64,000 bases of DNA from Azolla caroliniana (lineage: Eukaryota > Plantae > Polypodiophyta): NCBI GenBank assembly GCA_043228905.1, contig JBHGNT010000003.1, positions 10,850,001 through 10,914,000 on the forward strand, read 5' to 3'. A program made the translations under genes and the position numbers. Shown here in pieces: positions 51,436 through 64,000 of this stretch (position 1 is the first letter of the stretch; each line of letters opens with the position of its first letter). The notes under the pieces were generated by a model. The model made no database searches and was not told the origin of the DNA. It saw only the letters and a list, made by a program, of their open reading frames with translations.

Positions 51436-54400
51436 GCCTTAGGGTTTCATACCTTAAGGCATGATTAATGATTCATACACCTAATTGATTATTATTCTAA
51501 TTAATTTCTAATTACACAAATTTTCGTTTCACTTTTGTATGATTTTCTAGTAATTGTCATTTACCCACCCACAATTAACTCTCTTTCTTGCCCTTATGTT
51601 ATGTTCATCTACACTATTTACGTACGTTTAATGGTGTAATGATTCATGTAGACTATTTTTTAATATTGAGTGGGCGTCATGCCGTTTTTTGAACGATTTT
51701 TTCCAACGGTTCATCGAGGTTTAACTCATATTATTGAGCCTTAGAACTCGAGTAAAACCACATGAATTCCCCTATTGATGTTTTACTCATAGATTTGAGT
51801 TCTACATCTTTGCGCACAACACCAGCACCACTTGTATCAATTTGTGGCTTATGTCACAATTGTGCAAAGTACAAGCACCATATTGGGATGTATATGTGCA
51901 TACCTCGCACCATCCATTTATTTGTGACATTTTTTTTAGTAGGTAACACATGGGTTTTTTACCGTTGTTTTCGTCACTACTTGATTCTTATGGGTAGTGC
52001 CTTATTTTATCGTTTTTGTCATAACATTTGCTTGTTACTCGCAAGACTAGAATATTACTTGTGAGTGCACTTATTTTTTCACGTAATACACTTTCTCGAC
52101 CATATCAATACATGTTGGGTTGACATTCTAATATAAGGCTAACTAGGAAACTACGTTGATGTTAGAACCATGGTTGAGCCTCGGGGAGCCGCCATGATTA
52201 TTCAAGATAGAGATCCGAGAAAGATATCTTAGCTATGTTTTCCCCCATGGTTTTTAAAACACCATAGTGTTACCATAGTTATCGGATCTCGAATCACACC
52301 TCATATGTCTAGAGGGGTAAAGATGTGAGATGCTTTCTTGGTAAAGTTTTTACAATCAAAATTTCAAGCATTCATTTTGCTTGTGTATTTTCTAAACCTC
52401 CTTATTTATATTGCATACCCACAACTTGCATCATGGAACAAGTTTTGAATGTTGTTGGAGCAATCTCTCCGACCAAGACCTCTCAACTCCAATCCGCATC
52501 TCGCACACAAGCTGAGATCACTATTGAGCAATTGCTCACTACTACCTTGAATCAATTGGCCGAAATGAGGCAGGCCAATATGGCATTGGAAAAGAAATTC
52601 CAAGAATTGACTATTGAGTCCAAGAAAGAAGGTGAGCCTTCTTTCGTAGTAACGTCATTCAAGGGAGATAAGAAAGAAAGAACCAAGGAGGCCATTAGCA
52701 CTTGGCTTGGTCATTGGGAGTCTCACTTTGAGCTCCATCCCAAGCCCGATGCTGTAAAAATTGGTTACGTCAGTCGTGAGTAAGGTGGCCGAGTTGCTGC
52801 TTGGTGGCGCAGCCTAAGGATTGCAAAGAACTTACCCACAACTTGGGAAGGTTTCGTTGATGTTTTTAAGAAACAGTTTTTGCAGCCACCTTCTCAAACT
52901 GAACAAGCGCAACACTTGCTCACGTTGTCAAGTAAGCCATTTACTTCTCCCGAGGATTATGTGCATCATGCTCGGGATCCAAAAATCGGGACTTACGGGG
53001 TGAGAAATGGTTTGTTGCTTGCTTTTAGAATGGTATTCCTAATGGGGATTACCATTGGATTGTCCATGACAAGGACCCCACAACTTTCGAGGAAGTCGTC
53101 AACATTGTACTTCGGTACCATAGGACTTCCAAGAAAGACCACAATAAACCTGAGTTCACCAAAACTCCGAATGTCAAGTTCATTGGGAAACATAAGCAAT
53201 CTAGTGACCCTCTTGACCGCGACTCCAAGAAACCGAACCTCTTCTGTGCATATTGCAAGAAACAGGGCCACACAAAGGATACATGTCGTTGTCTTGAGAG
53301 GAAGTCAATGAACACCCCTCCTCAATACAAATATATGAGTCACACAGGTGAGTCTTTTGATGTTGTTGAAGTTCATACCAACCACTTAAGTTCAAGTGAA
53401 TGCACTTTTCCTTCACATTTACTTGGACCTAATGATTTACTCCGAGCAGTCGGGTATATCAATGGAACACAAGCACATTTCTTGTTTGATTCTGGTAGTT
53501 CTCACAATTTTCTTAATGATCACTTTGTGCAGTAAATGGAACTCCACATAAACGCAAGTGATCATATCTATCAAGTTCACATGGCAAATGGAAGTGTTCA
53601 ATACATCAGTGGCATTGTTTGTCAGCTGCCAATTCAAATAGATACCTATTTGGAGAAGCTTGACTTTCATGTTATGAAACTACAATCTGCAGATGTCATT
53701 TTAGGATACTCTTGGTTTTATAATAAAAACCCTTCTTTGTCCATTGATTGGGTTAATCACTCAATCACATTTGAACTTAATAATTGTAAACATTTTATTC
53801 AATGTTCCAAACTTCCTTCTCGTTCACTTGTGTCTTCTAAATCTTTAAGTGAGTATTCAAGTTCATTAATTTATTCGTGTAATTGATCTGCACTTCAATT
53901 TTATTATTCTAATATTGACACCACACAATTACCACATTATGCACAACGATTACTCGAATCTATTTTAGACGATTTTCAAGACGTGTTTCCTAACAAATTG
54001 CCACTTACTTTACCACCAAAACGTAATGTGGACCATCAAATTGAACTCATTCCTGGTGCTGCTCCTGGGAGCATTCCACCTTACCAACTTAGTCGATTAG
54101 AAGAGGATGAGATCACTAAACAACTTAAGGAATACTTGATTATGGGCCACATTAGGTATAGTAAATCACCTTGGGGTGCGCCAGTTCTATTAGTTAAGAA
54201 GAAGGTTCATGGTGAATGTGTATCAATTATCGCCGTTTGAATAAAATGACAATTAAAAATGCATATATGTTACCTCGTGCTGATGATTTGATTGATCGTT
54301 TGCATGGGGCCCGATATTTTACAAAAATTGACTTACGGACAGGTTATCATCAGATTCGCATTGCCGAGGATGATATTCCTAAAACCGCTTTTCGTACACG

Positions 54401-54900
54401 CTATGGCCATTATGAGTTTTTAGTCATGCCTTTCAGGTTGACTAATGCTCCAACCACATTCCAACAAGCGATGAATGACATTTTTCGAGATCAACTCAGT
54501 GATTTTGTTGTCGTCTTCTTGGATGATATTTTGATATATAGCCGTACCTTGCAAGATCATGTTCAACATGTTCGATTTGTTTTGCAAAAGTTGCGTGACA
54601 ACTCTTTCTATGCAAAACATTCAAAACGTGATTTTTTTCCAAAAATCTATTGTGTACCTAGGTCATTTAATTACGGGAAATGGTGTTGAAATTGAACCTT
54701 CTCGTATTGAAAAGGTTAAACTTTGGCCCATTCCTCGTAATATTCGTGAACTACGATCATTCTTAGGGTTTGTTGGATTTTTACGAAAATTAATTCGTAA
54801 CCATTCCAAATTGACTATGCCATTAACTGACCTTTTAAAAGGTCATCCACATAAGTCTGTCAAACCAATTGCATGGAATGAACAACTTGACAAATCATGT

Positions 54901-55321
54901 GAGACACTCAAAGAGCATGTGTGTCAGGCTCCCACTCTTCTATTATCGGACCCTTCTAAGCCTTTCTCAATCGAAACCGATGCTAGTGATTATGTTATTG
55001 GTGTCGTTCTTTATCAAGGCGGTCACCCTATTGCTTTTGAAAGTAAGAAGCTTGATGCTGCTCAATCTCGGTATTCGGTTCAAGAGAAAGAGTTGTTTGC
55101 AGTAATATCATTTGAGACACTCAAAGAGCATGTGTGTCAGGCTCCCACTCTTCTATTATCGGACCCTTCTAAGCCTTTCTCAATCGAAACCGATGCTAGT
55201 GATTATGTTATTGGTGTCGTTCTTTATCAAGGCAGTCACCCTAATGCTTTTGAAGGTAAGAAGCTTGATGTTGCTCAATCTCGGTATTCGGTTCAAGAGA
55301 AAGAGTTGTTTGCGGTAATAC
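54901..55321 (+). repeat. 213-bp in-frame tandem duplication in RNase H
   Basis: GAGACACTCAAAG at 54901 and 55114; ETLKEHVCQAP...ELFAVI appears twice. Confidence 0.92.
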
Positions 55322-55977
55322 ATGCACTTAAAACATGGGAACGCAAGCATACTCTTAAGGCACAATTTCCTCACTTTATATTGCAAGAGTGCAATCTTTT
55401 GAAGTAGGGGAGTATGTTATGTACACATAACGTTGGTGAGGGTAGGTCACTAATATTTACATTAGTGAAGGGTATGTTCACTAATGTTAAAAAGGGGACT
55501 AATGATTGGATAGAAGGAATGATAGATGCATGCACTATCATGATTTGGACAACCAATGAATGGAGAGCCTTTTAGAAAGGCACATCTATTCAAGGGGGCT
55601 AGGAAAAGGTATAAATATGAGGCTTAGCTACCCTCATAGGGACATGACGTCGGAAGGTTGTTGTCTTAGACACCAGTGGTGCGGGCTAGGCTTTCGTCTC
55701 GACGATCGTGTTTTATCTCTTCCAAGGTATTAGTCATCCTAATATCCGGCGGTATGGGACGTCGGTGGTAGGTTGACTATGTCTAGATCATAGCTTGGGG
55801 TCGGGTGGAACGGGTTCTTCTATCCAATCTATTTCCCTTCTTTTACTTTACTTTGGTCTATTGATTAGTAATAGACTCTTAACAACATCTTTGTCGTTGA
55901 TTGATGCTTCAACAATCATTAACAGTGACATGAATCATGGGATCTTGGAAATGGCGTGCCCACTCACGGAGGAAGAG

Positions 55978-56395
55978 AAGCACGACCTACATATATACAT
56001 ACACACACACATGCACACACATACACACACACACATGCATGCATATACCTAATATACACACACACACACATACATATGTATATGATATACATATACATAC
56101 ATTTATACACACACACATAGACAGACAGACGGACATGTATGTATATATGTATAGTGAGCAAAGCCATGTCAATGTGACGAATGCCAATGCTTGGGGGGAG
56201 TAGGTAGCCCTTTAAAGATAAGAAGAGAATTTGAAACAATGAGGGAGAGCGTGTGTTAATGTGAGGGGGTAATGTATGTATGTATGTAAAACAGTAAATC
56301 TCCATATGTATACATACATACATACATGATATAAAAAATAACATAAAATCTACATACATACACAGACAGACATCTCTTCTTCTTCTTCTTCTTCT
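55978..56395. repeat. Compound microsatellite region (CA/TA/CATA, CTT)
   Basis: Directly visible low-complexity runs. Confidence 0.85.
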
Positions 56396-56423
56396 GGAGA
56401 TATTTTTCCTTTTGCAAGGAGCC

Positions 56424-57386
56424 ATGGAAGCTCTGTCCATAACCAAGCTGCCGTCCCCATATCCATACAGCATCAACCGAACTAGAATGTATGAATGGAA
56501 GAATACGTTTACTTGTCTACTCATACCTTTATCGTATCCAAAGAAAGAACCAGAAGAAGCCAGAAGAAGAAGAGAAGCCGCAGACGAAAGAAAAGAAAGA
56601 AGAAGAACGGATTCTTTAGGGGTTATTTGCATGGGGTTACATCCTGAGTGGAGACAAGTAGATAATAAGATTCGACGTCTCAATCTTCGAATCGTCGATT
56701 TTCGATTACTCAGTAATGACCTTAGAATAGATCGATCAAATCTTTCCTCGAATGATCCAGAAATCAACAAGGTAAAGCTCCTTGAATCAATACAAAAGAA
56801 GAGAGAACAGGTGTTGCTAGAGAGAGAAGCTATACAAAAAGAGATGGAACATCTCACGGTTTTCTTCCATAAAGGGGCAGAGCCAGAGTATAGGGACCTT
56901 AGAAGGTTCTTCTTGAGCTATCTCTACCACACTACAAGAAACTCCATACCAAATTTAGCAACAAATGAATTTGATGATCTTCTCTTGGGTAGTGTCAACG
57001 GGGTTCGTTTTGATTTGCCTGAGTGGGAATCTGTATATTTTGATGCTTTTTTATGTCGGAAAGTTGCAATGGGAAAGAGAATATCAATATCGGCATCAGG
57101 TCTTGATACTTCCCCGTTGGCCATTGCTCTTGGTATCATGCGAGCGGGGTCTCAGAAGCATTGTGATGATATTGGTTGTAGGAAAGAAGAGTGTCTTATC
57201 CTTAAAGAGGATTATGAAAGGCTCTTTGAAGCTATTTTTCATCGTAAAATTCGAACCCTTATCAATCAGAAAGCAAGGGGTGAAATGTCGATATTATTTG
57301 ATCGGGTGTTGAAGATACAAAGAAGTACTGGTGGTGTCAAGGTTAGTGCTGTTGTCTTAGAACCACCCTCACTGAGTGTAAATTAG
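56424..57386 (+). CDS. Intact single-exon ORF, 320 aa, unknown function
   Basis: GCCATGG Kozak-like start; preceded by (CTT)n, typical of plant 5'UTRs; no stops for 960 nt in AT-rich DNA; T-rich 3' flank; no TE motif recognised. Confidence 0.6.
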   Translation: MEALSITKLPSPYPYSINRTRMYEWKNTFTCLLIPLSYPKKEPEEARRRREAADERKERRRTDSLGVICMGLHPEWRQVDNKIRRLNLRIVDFRLLSNDLRIDRSNLSSNDPEINKVKLLESIQKKREQVLLEREAIQKEMEHLTVFFHKGAEPEYRDLRRFFLSYLYHTTRNSIPNLATNEFDDLLLGSVNGVRFDLPEWESVYFDAFLCRKVAMGKRISISASGLDTSPLAIALGIMRAGSQKHCDDIGCRKEECLILKEDYERLFEAIFHRKIRTLINQKARGEMSILFDRVLKIQRSTGGVKVSAVVLEPPSLSVN

Positions 57387-58823
57387 TCTTTTTCTTTGTT
57401 CCCATAACAAATTTGTGTGGTATTGGAAATGTGGCTTTGTTATCTCTTCTGCAAGTTTCTCAACTTTATATAATCAAAAGTTTTGTGGTCTTGAGTTGTC
57501 TGAAAAGTGTTGTAATCTTTCAAGTTTGGAAGGAAATTCTTGCCTTTGAAGGTTGTATGAATAGTGATACAATCTTTGAAAGTTCTAAGGGAGATGTATG
57601 ATTTTTAAGGATTACGTTCCTCCAAGGTCTAATGAAAAGTTTTATAATCTTCAAAGGTCTAAAAACCAATTGCTGTTTGTGTCAAGATTTTATGAAAATT
57701 GATATGCTATTTGATTTTCATTTAGAAGGTAGTATACCAAATATGATATGGTATGATTCTTTGAAATTTTAATGAAGTTCTATGTTTCCTTTTTAAGTAT
57801 CTGATTTCAATCATAAATCCAATAAGAGTTTTTAATTGCACTCTTTAAAGTTCCCTTAAGTTTATTAAAAGGATCTTGCAGGTTGTTTAGGCACCTTGGC
57901 TCACATTATTCTTGCTCTTTACAGGTGAGTTGAAGCTTGATACATATGGATATTTCGGATGGTCAGTCATGAATACAGGCTTGGGTTCTTGCATATATCG
58001 ATTTATTGATGGCCTCATGACATCCATACACATGCTTTGCAATGCGATATGATAAGAGGAGCAATCAAGGAAAATGTATATGGGTAGATATATATAGACC
58101 TCATGAGCAATGACAGAAAATGTATTTGAAGAAATATAAGTGAACAATTGTGGTGAATATTTTTTGTTACACTCTAGATTTCTCGAGAGGATGTACTTTT
58201 TCTTGTCACTTCAGCTTCAAAGTCGTCAAGTGTCCCATTACATCGTCAAATAATTTGATGAAAATTCCATTCATTTTTTATCTTTTGTTAGTGTCAATCT
58301 TGCAATATTTCAAATAGTGATGGCGGTTTTACCTTCACTAAAATATTTGTTTTTCTTATCTTGTTTAGCATTGATGTATGTTTCTTGTGCTTGTTGAAGA
58401 TTGTATCTGTAGCTTTTCTATTTGAATGCAGGTTTCCATTTGTACTCAAGCTATCATTGCAAATAAAAATAAGGTGTCCCAAGAACTCAAATCTCAGCTT
58501 AAAGATTGTCTTTGTATAACAAAAGAAACTTTGCATACCAATGATTGATCAAATAATTTTGAAAATTAGAACTAAATTGGACCATAGTATTAAGATAGGT
58601 TTACAATTGTTGGCTGTACTATGTGCATATTTAAATGAGAAATTAATTGAAATTTTGCTTTAATAAAATAATTTCATTGATTTAATCAACTGAAAAAGCA
58701 TAATCTAAGTTGAGAACAAATGATAATTAATCAAGTGGTAATTAATTTTTTTGTAATTTGGTGATTTGCAACAGTAAACCTTGATGCAAACATATGATTG
58801 GTTGCCTTTGACAATAGTGGTAG

Positions 58824-58960
58824 AGGATGAGCTTATTATGTTACTTATAGATGTTTAGGTATCACCTAAAGGATGAGCTTACATGTCACTTATAGACGTC
58901 AAGGTATCACCTAAAGGATGAGCTTATATGTCACTTATAGTGTTAAGCTATCACCTAAAG
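58824..58960. repeat. ~46-bp tandem repeat x3
   Basis: Unit AGGATGAGCTTA..ATGTYACTTATAG...TATCACCTAA. Confidence 0.8.
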
Positions 58961-60216
58961 TCTAGGAAAAGAACTTCATCATATGTAAAAAGGTATTGTA
59001 TGTTGCCAATAGGGCTTTAATATTGTATGCATGAATCATCCCATTACAAGGGTTGTCCCTCCCAAACTATGGGTCAATGGTTCAAAGTACATAATGCCTC
59101 ACTCCGTTTTCATTCACCATTAGTGAAGCTATGCTCTTAATTATCCACTATTACTTGTAACCATTATTGTGCATTTGCAAGTACAAGTACTTCATCACCT
59201 TGTAACTAGGTATTTTATGTTGCCAATAAAGGTTTAATATCATAAGGACGAATCTGTAGACAACACGGAAAAGGACAACAAAGATATGAATCCACCATTG
59301 ATAGAATAGTTAGCAAATTAGCAAAGTATTAGCTCCCATCACCCCTCTTGCATTCACCATTATTGGAGGTACGCTCTTTATCAAGCATTGTTGCTTGTAA
59401 ACGTTGTAGTGGGATATTAAATACTTAGTATTAATTGAACTTGTCATCTAATTTGTGTCAACTTATATGTTTTGGTATTTAACTTTGTGTGTAAAGTGCT
59501 TCCAACTATTGATAGTAGGAAACTAAGTATTCCATTCTTAACAAGATCCAAATAACATATGTCCTAGCCATATCTTGCTAGCTATGTATTGTTAATCTCT
59601 CCTAATTATGAACCAACTCTCCCTTTTGGCTTGCCACTTGTCAAACAAAAGATTATAGTGCTTGACCCCTGGTTGTCTGACAACAAGCATTGGCGACCAT
59701 GACAACCATGATTAGCCATTGCAACATGATTTCAACAAGGGAGATCAACCATTTATGCACATGTAGTCAAGAAGCTCATTCTTGCATGCTTGCCAAGTTT
59801 TTACATAATCAGTCTCCCTTTCACCAATTCCTAGACACCAAGTCTCTCCCTTGCTCAGTCTCCCCATATACTCAACTCTCCAATACAACATATGAAAACT
59901 AATGTCCAAGATTCGAGTATACATATGCATGACTTTAACATTATCCTCTCCTCTGCTGCTGACGGTTTGTGTGGATAACGGAGATGAAAATCATGAACTA
60001 CCTCTAGAGCATTGATCAAGTGATTATTGGATTTCTTGCAAGTAGCATGTGTGAGTGGGTAACCTTTCTGTAAGACAAGGAGATTTACTTCCCATCGTAC
60101 TATTTTTTGAGTCAAGAATCTCCACCACCTTATACCTGTCCCCGGTTTCGAGCTCCAAAGGAGGCGTCAGGGGTCAATGTCCGAGAATCACCAAGGGATG
60201 GTAGTTTTCTAGGAGA

Positions 60217-60218
<2 letters not shown>

Positions 60219-60265
<47 letters not shown>

Positions 60266-60297
60266 ATGTATGTATGTGTGTGTGTGTGTGCGTGTGT
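60219..60297. repeat. (TG)n/(TATG)n microsatellite
   Basis: Directly visible. Confidence 0.9.
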
Positions 60298-60916
60298 ACA
60301 TTGAGGCATGTACATTGCATTGGTATGTCAAGAATTTGAAATAAGGTGCTAATGACTTTCTATAGTGATGTGACATTGTATATAGGTTGTTGATTTTTAA
60401 AAACACATGACAATATACTTATATATTATATAGAAACCTTGTGTGAGGAAGCATATAAAAATGCATATTTTTCTAGGCTCTCATAAATTTGGCTATCTTA
60501 TGTGGAAAGCTAAAACCAAAATAATTGCAAGTTTGAAGTTGTGAAACACATTTTCAAGTGCAAACATCCACATAAAATCCCAAAGGATGGACATTGTGTT
60601 TGAAGCAAATAAAAATTGAACGTCAAAGTCTTAATAAATCATTGAAATATCGGCTATCAAAGTTTTGTTAAAACCCTAAACCGAGAGCAAGTGTACAAAT
60701 TAAAGCACTTGTATTGAAATTTGGAAGTTCTTGGCCGGGGTTTCAAAGATTGGAGTTCTTTTAAATGAACGAAAAGGAGTAAGGTTGATTTAAGAGTAGT
60801 TGAATGGGTGATTTGCATTACAAATGGTTAAGTTTGGGAACTAAAAGTAAACTATCTTTGGTAATAAAATTTGCCAAAGAATGAATACAATAAAATAGCA
60901 GTGACTTGAACACAAT

Positions 60917-60933
60917 GCGGGGATAGCTCAGTC

Positions 60934-60964
<31 letters not shown>

Positions 60965-60989
60965 GCGTGTTCGATCCACGCTCACCGCA
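60917..60989 (+). tRNA. tRNA-Phe(GAA)
   Basis: 73-nt canonical plant cytosolic sequence GCGGGGATAGCTCAG...CTGAAGA...GTTCGATCCACGCTCACCGCA; upstream CAA; TTTTT downstream. Confidence 0.97.
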
Positions 60990-61097
60990 TAGCAATGTAT
61001 CTACTGCCTTATAAATTCCTACATTTCTCTCCTCTTTTTAGAGGAAGCAAAAACTATTCATTAATATGCAATATAACAAAGGAAGTAAAAAAGCATC

Positions 61098-61168
61098 TGC
61101 ACAGCCGGGGAATCGAACCCCGGTCAGTACCGTGGGAGGGTACTATGATACCACTACACCAGCTGCGC
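61098..61168 (-). tRNA. tRNA-Gly(CCC)
   Basis: 71 nt GCGCAGCTGGTGTAGTGG...GTACC-CTCCCAC-GGTAC...GGTTCGATTCC...TGCA; T6 terminator just downstream. Confidence 0.96.
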
Positions 61169-63435
61169 TATGTTGACTATGACCTTTAAGTTTTAAATAT
61201 GATTCTAAAACTATTTTCTTCTAGAAGGGCATTCTTGGGAAACGGGGAGAAATTACGGCTCGATGCAATCTTGTATTTCCCAATTAAGAATGAGAAGAAA
61301 TGGAGGCCAGTAGAAATGACATTGGGTCTCTAAAACAGAAAAATAATTCAACCCATCGGTGTGTTCTGATATGGTCACTGGTATTCTTTAGTAAAGAGAA
61401 CACACATGTTGTTGTGTCTAGCTTGAAGAAGTTTTTTGAGGTTGGTGTATGTGGTAATTGATGGTTGAAAGCATTGTCAAATAGATGTGGATGCTTGACA
61501 TCGTAGTAAGGCTTGCTTCTCATCCTCAAACTTGCTAGTGTGCATGTCAAGAATATTTCTAGCTACTCATTTCCGAGATTCAAAGATGTAAGTCTTTATG
61601 CTAATGTGCATATTTCCTAGCTCATGATGTGTGCCACAACACAACTATGCCAAAGGACACATTGATATAAATAAGGACATGCATAACATTTCTCGATGAG
61701 GAGATCTACCTGATGGCAATGGTGCGTGTACAAATTTTTTATGCATACAATCCACATGGAGAGGGCACAAAGAGAAGTTGTGCATTTTTTTTGGGTCTTA
61801 CCTTTTTGAGGTTTCCTTCAACAAGTTTTCTTAGTTGTTGGTGAACATGTTTACATTTATTCTAAAGCAATCCATATCAATGATTTTTATGAGATTATGG
61901 TTGTTATCCTCTTATATCTAAAGACAAGTCTTCTCTTACTAAGGTCACTTTAATACATTAATTTGATAGCCTTAATTATGTTGGTGCATGATGTTAGTGT
62001 TTGATGCTAGCACACCAAATGTAGTATTATAGGGTGTTTCCTAGGATGTAGCATTTTGGTTCTCCTTTTAGCCTAGGCACTTATATTGTAGGACTTGCAT
62101 TTCTTTCTGTAGATTCTCTAGGATCTAAGAGTTGAATGCCTTTTTTTACTAGGTTTTCTTGAATCCCCTCATTCTACTATGGTTAATATACTAATAGTAC
62201 CACCAATTGTAGTAGATGATCTACAACTCCGTTGACAAAAGACAACAATACCTTGGGAATGACCAAAGAACTAGTACATATTCTCATCACATGACTAAGT
62301 AAGCTTATTGTTGGCGATTGTGTCCTCCAAATAAAAACTTCTTTTCGGTCCTTTAAGTTGATGGCTTGAAGGAACATCAACCCTATGTGTTTGATTGATC
62401 CCTTATTTCAAGCAAGTTATAGAACTTGAAGAGAATATCAAGTATCATCAAGTTCTTATGAATAGATTTGGTCCAAATAATGAATTCATGTCACGCCACC
62501 TTGGTGGTATCATTGCTACTATGTGCATTGAGCACGGAATACTTGCAGCCCATTTAAGAGACCTAACATTCTTGAAGCTCTTGGATCTTGTTCTATTGAC
62601 TATAACTACCCACTTGACCAAATCTTGAACACCTTGGAGATTTCTCCTTATAACATTTTCGCGTTACAAGTGTGTTGATAATAGGTCAGATTACAATAAT
62701 TGTTCATGGATTACAAGCACTTTGTTTGTTGGCAATGACTCATGCTTTTCTTATGCATGAAAATATATCATGTATTGAAGCTCTCTATTATTAAAGTGAT
62801 TAAGTGTTTACCCTTAATTGTTGATGAGATAAATCAAACACCCATGTTACCATCTAAGAACACCTTGGTCTCCACCCATTCAATGTAGTACTTGATGATG
62901 ATGACAATATTAATAGGTCATGGCATGGTAGGTTCTTGAGTGAAAGGGCTAACAAAGTTGAAGCCCTAATTTTGTAAGGGTTCTAATGAGAGGATGATGG
63001 TTTAAAGCAATTGAGCCTTTGCTATTGGGTTCAGTAATTGTTGGTGCTTCTTGCATGTGTGTTGATATATGTGCTAATTTCTTTTTTGCATTGTGGGCCA
63101 CTAGACCATTAGACGTCACTCTACCATATATTTTGGATTGTGCCTTAGTTGGCATAATGACCACATGAGAACATGGCCCTAAAGCATGTAGTCTTTCTTG
63201 TGGTGGAAGATGTCGTGGTACTAGATGCCATCCATCCTCTTATTATACAAGGTGTCATCATCCTTTGTGAACCTAGTGATCAGTAAATAGATTTCCAAGA
63301 ACTAATGTTTCCCAGATCCATCGGTCCAAGGTTTCATGATGACATCTGTTACAAATATGTAGAGTAAGACAATGTGGTTACATGGATAAGCTTGGACATG
63401 TGGTTGGGTATCATTTCAAATCCCACGCATGCACA

Positions 63436-63690
63436 CTTGGGTTGGTTTGGTTTGAGAATCTAAACTCAAACTATTTCAAACCAAATTGCTAATTTATTAT
63501 GAAGCTCAAACAAATTGAACTAAACTGTGAAACCTTTCAACTTGAATTGTTTAAATTCAAACTATTCAAACCTATTCGATGAAGGCTCAAACCAAACCAG
63601 ACGACATTCCTGAGCCCCCAAGCCAAATCAAATTGTTTACAAGTTTCCAAACTTGAACCAAACCAAATCGAAGTGACTAAACAAGTTAAG
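63436..63690. repeat. Degenerate GGTTT/AAACC array, possibly an old hAT/MITE end
   Basis: Motifs resemble the subterminal repeats of MITE 728-1261; no TSD identified. Confidence 0.35.
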
Positions 63691-64000
63691 CTGTTAAGGT
63701 ACAATTTCGTCCGCCCGAACAATTGTCAATTCCTATTAGCATAACATGGGGAGGCGCTCCATACCATTACTTTTGCTTTTGTGACCATGTGAGTCTCGCA
63801 AAGATTCCTTCCTTTCGGTAACACTTTGAGCATTTTAGTGCCTAATGTAGCGACCCACTTCTCGTTCTTCCAATGAATTCAGTGAGCTGCACATATCTCT
63901 TTTTGGTTTTTGTTTTGGTAACTAGGATCTATGTATGTATCAGTATGTATGTATCCATCCATCCATCTATCTATCTATCTCTACCTTTTGAAATAAGAGC

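Larger units (their letters stand above)
50279..55884 (+). mobile_element. Ty3/Gypsy chromovirus-type element with the integrase deleted
   Basis: TSD ACATC; LTRs 50279-50752 and 55415-55884; PBS TGGTATCAGAGC 50754-50765; gag from about 52433, [17 protein letters not shown], RNase H, then a jump from HALKTW to the chromodomain end WERKHTL. Confidence 0.93.

Noticed and set aside
55964-56857. 297-aa minus-strand ORF
   Set aside because: Built from the antisense of the 320-aa ORF plus microsatellite runs.
61280-63420. Possible degenerate coding or TE remnant
   Set aside because: Only short ORFs and no motif I can identify; left unannotated.
1-64000. Hammerhead ribozymes / retrozymes
   Set aside because: The CTGATGA words I noticed lie in pol coding sequence without the flanking stems and GAAA; this was not an exhaustive search.

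Overview
Eukaryotic, most likely land-plant, nuclear heterochromatin; a non-seed plant such as a fern is my inference from element style only. About 87% of the window (1-55.9 kb) is a stack of nested transposons that can be ordered by their target-site duplications (TSDs). It comprises: a decayed hAT transposase split by a MITE and a three-LTR Copia; a minus-strand Copia 3' half split by an 18-kb non-chromovirus Gypsy, which itself contains an inverted sister element and a solo LTR; a Copia split by a young pol-less LTR element with a 4-bp TSD, tRNA-Trp primer site and intact 927-aa ORF; two chromovirus-type Gypsy elements sharing a covarying RNA structure upstream of gag; further Copia copies; and LINE 3' ends next to (GA)n tracts. 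The last 8 kb holds one intact orphan ORF (320 aa), a convergent tRNA-Phe/tRNA-Gly pair and unresolved AT-rich sequence. All alignments and counts were done by eye and no databases were searched.
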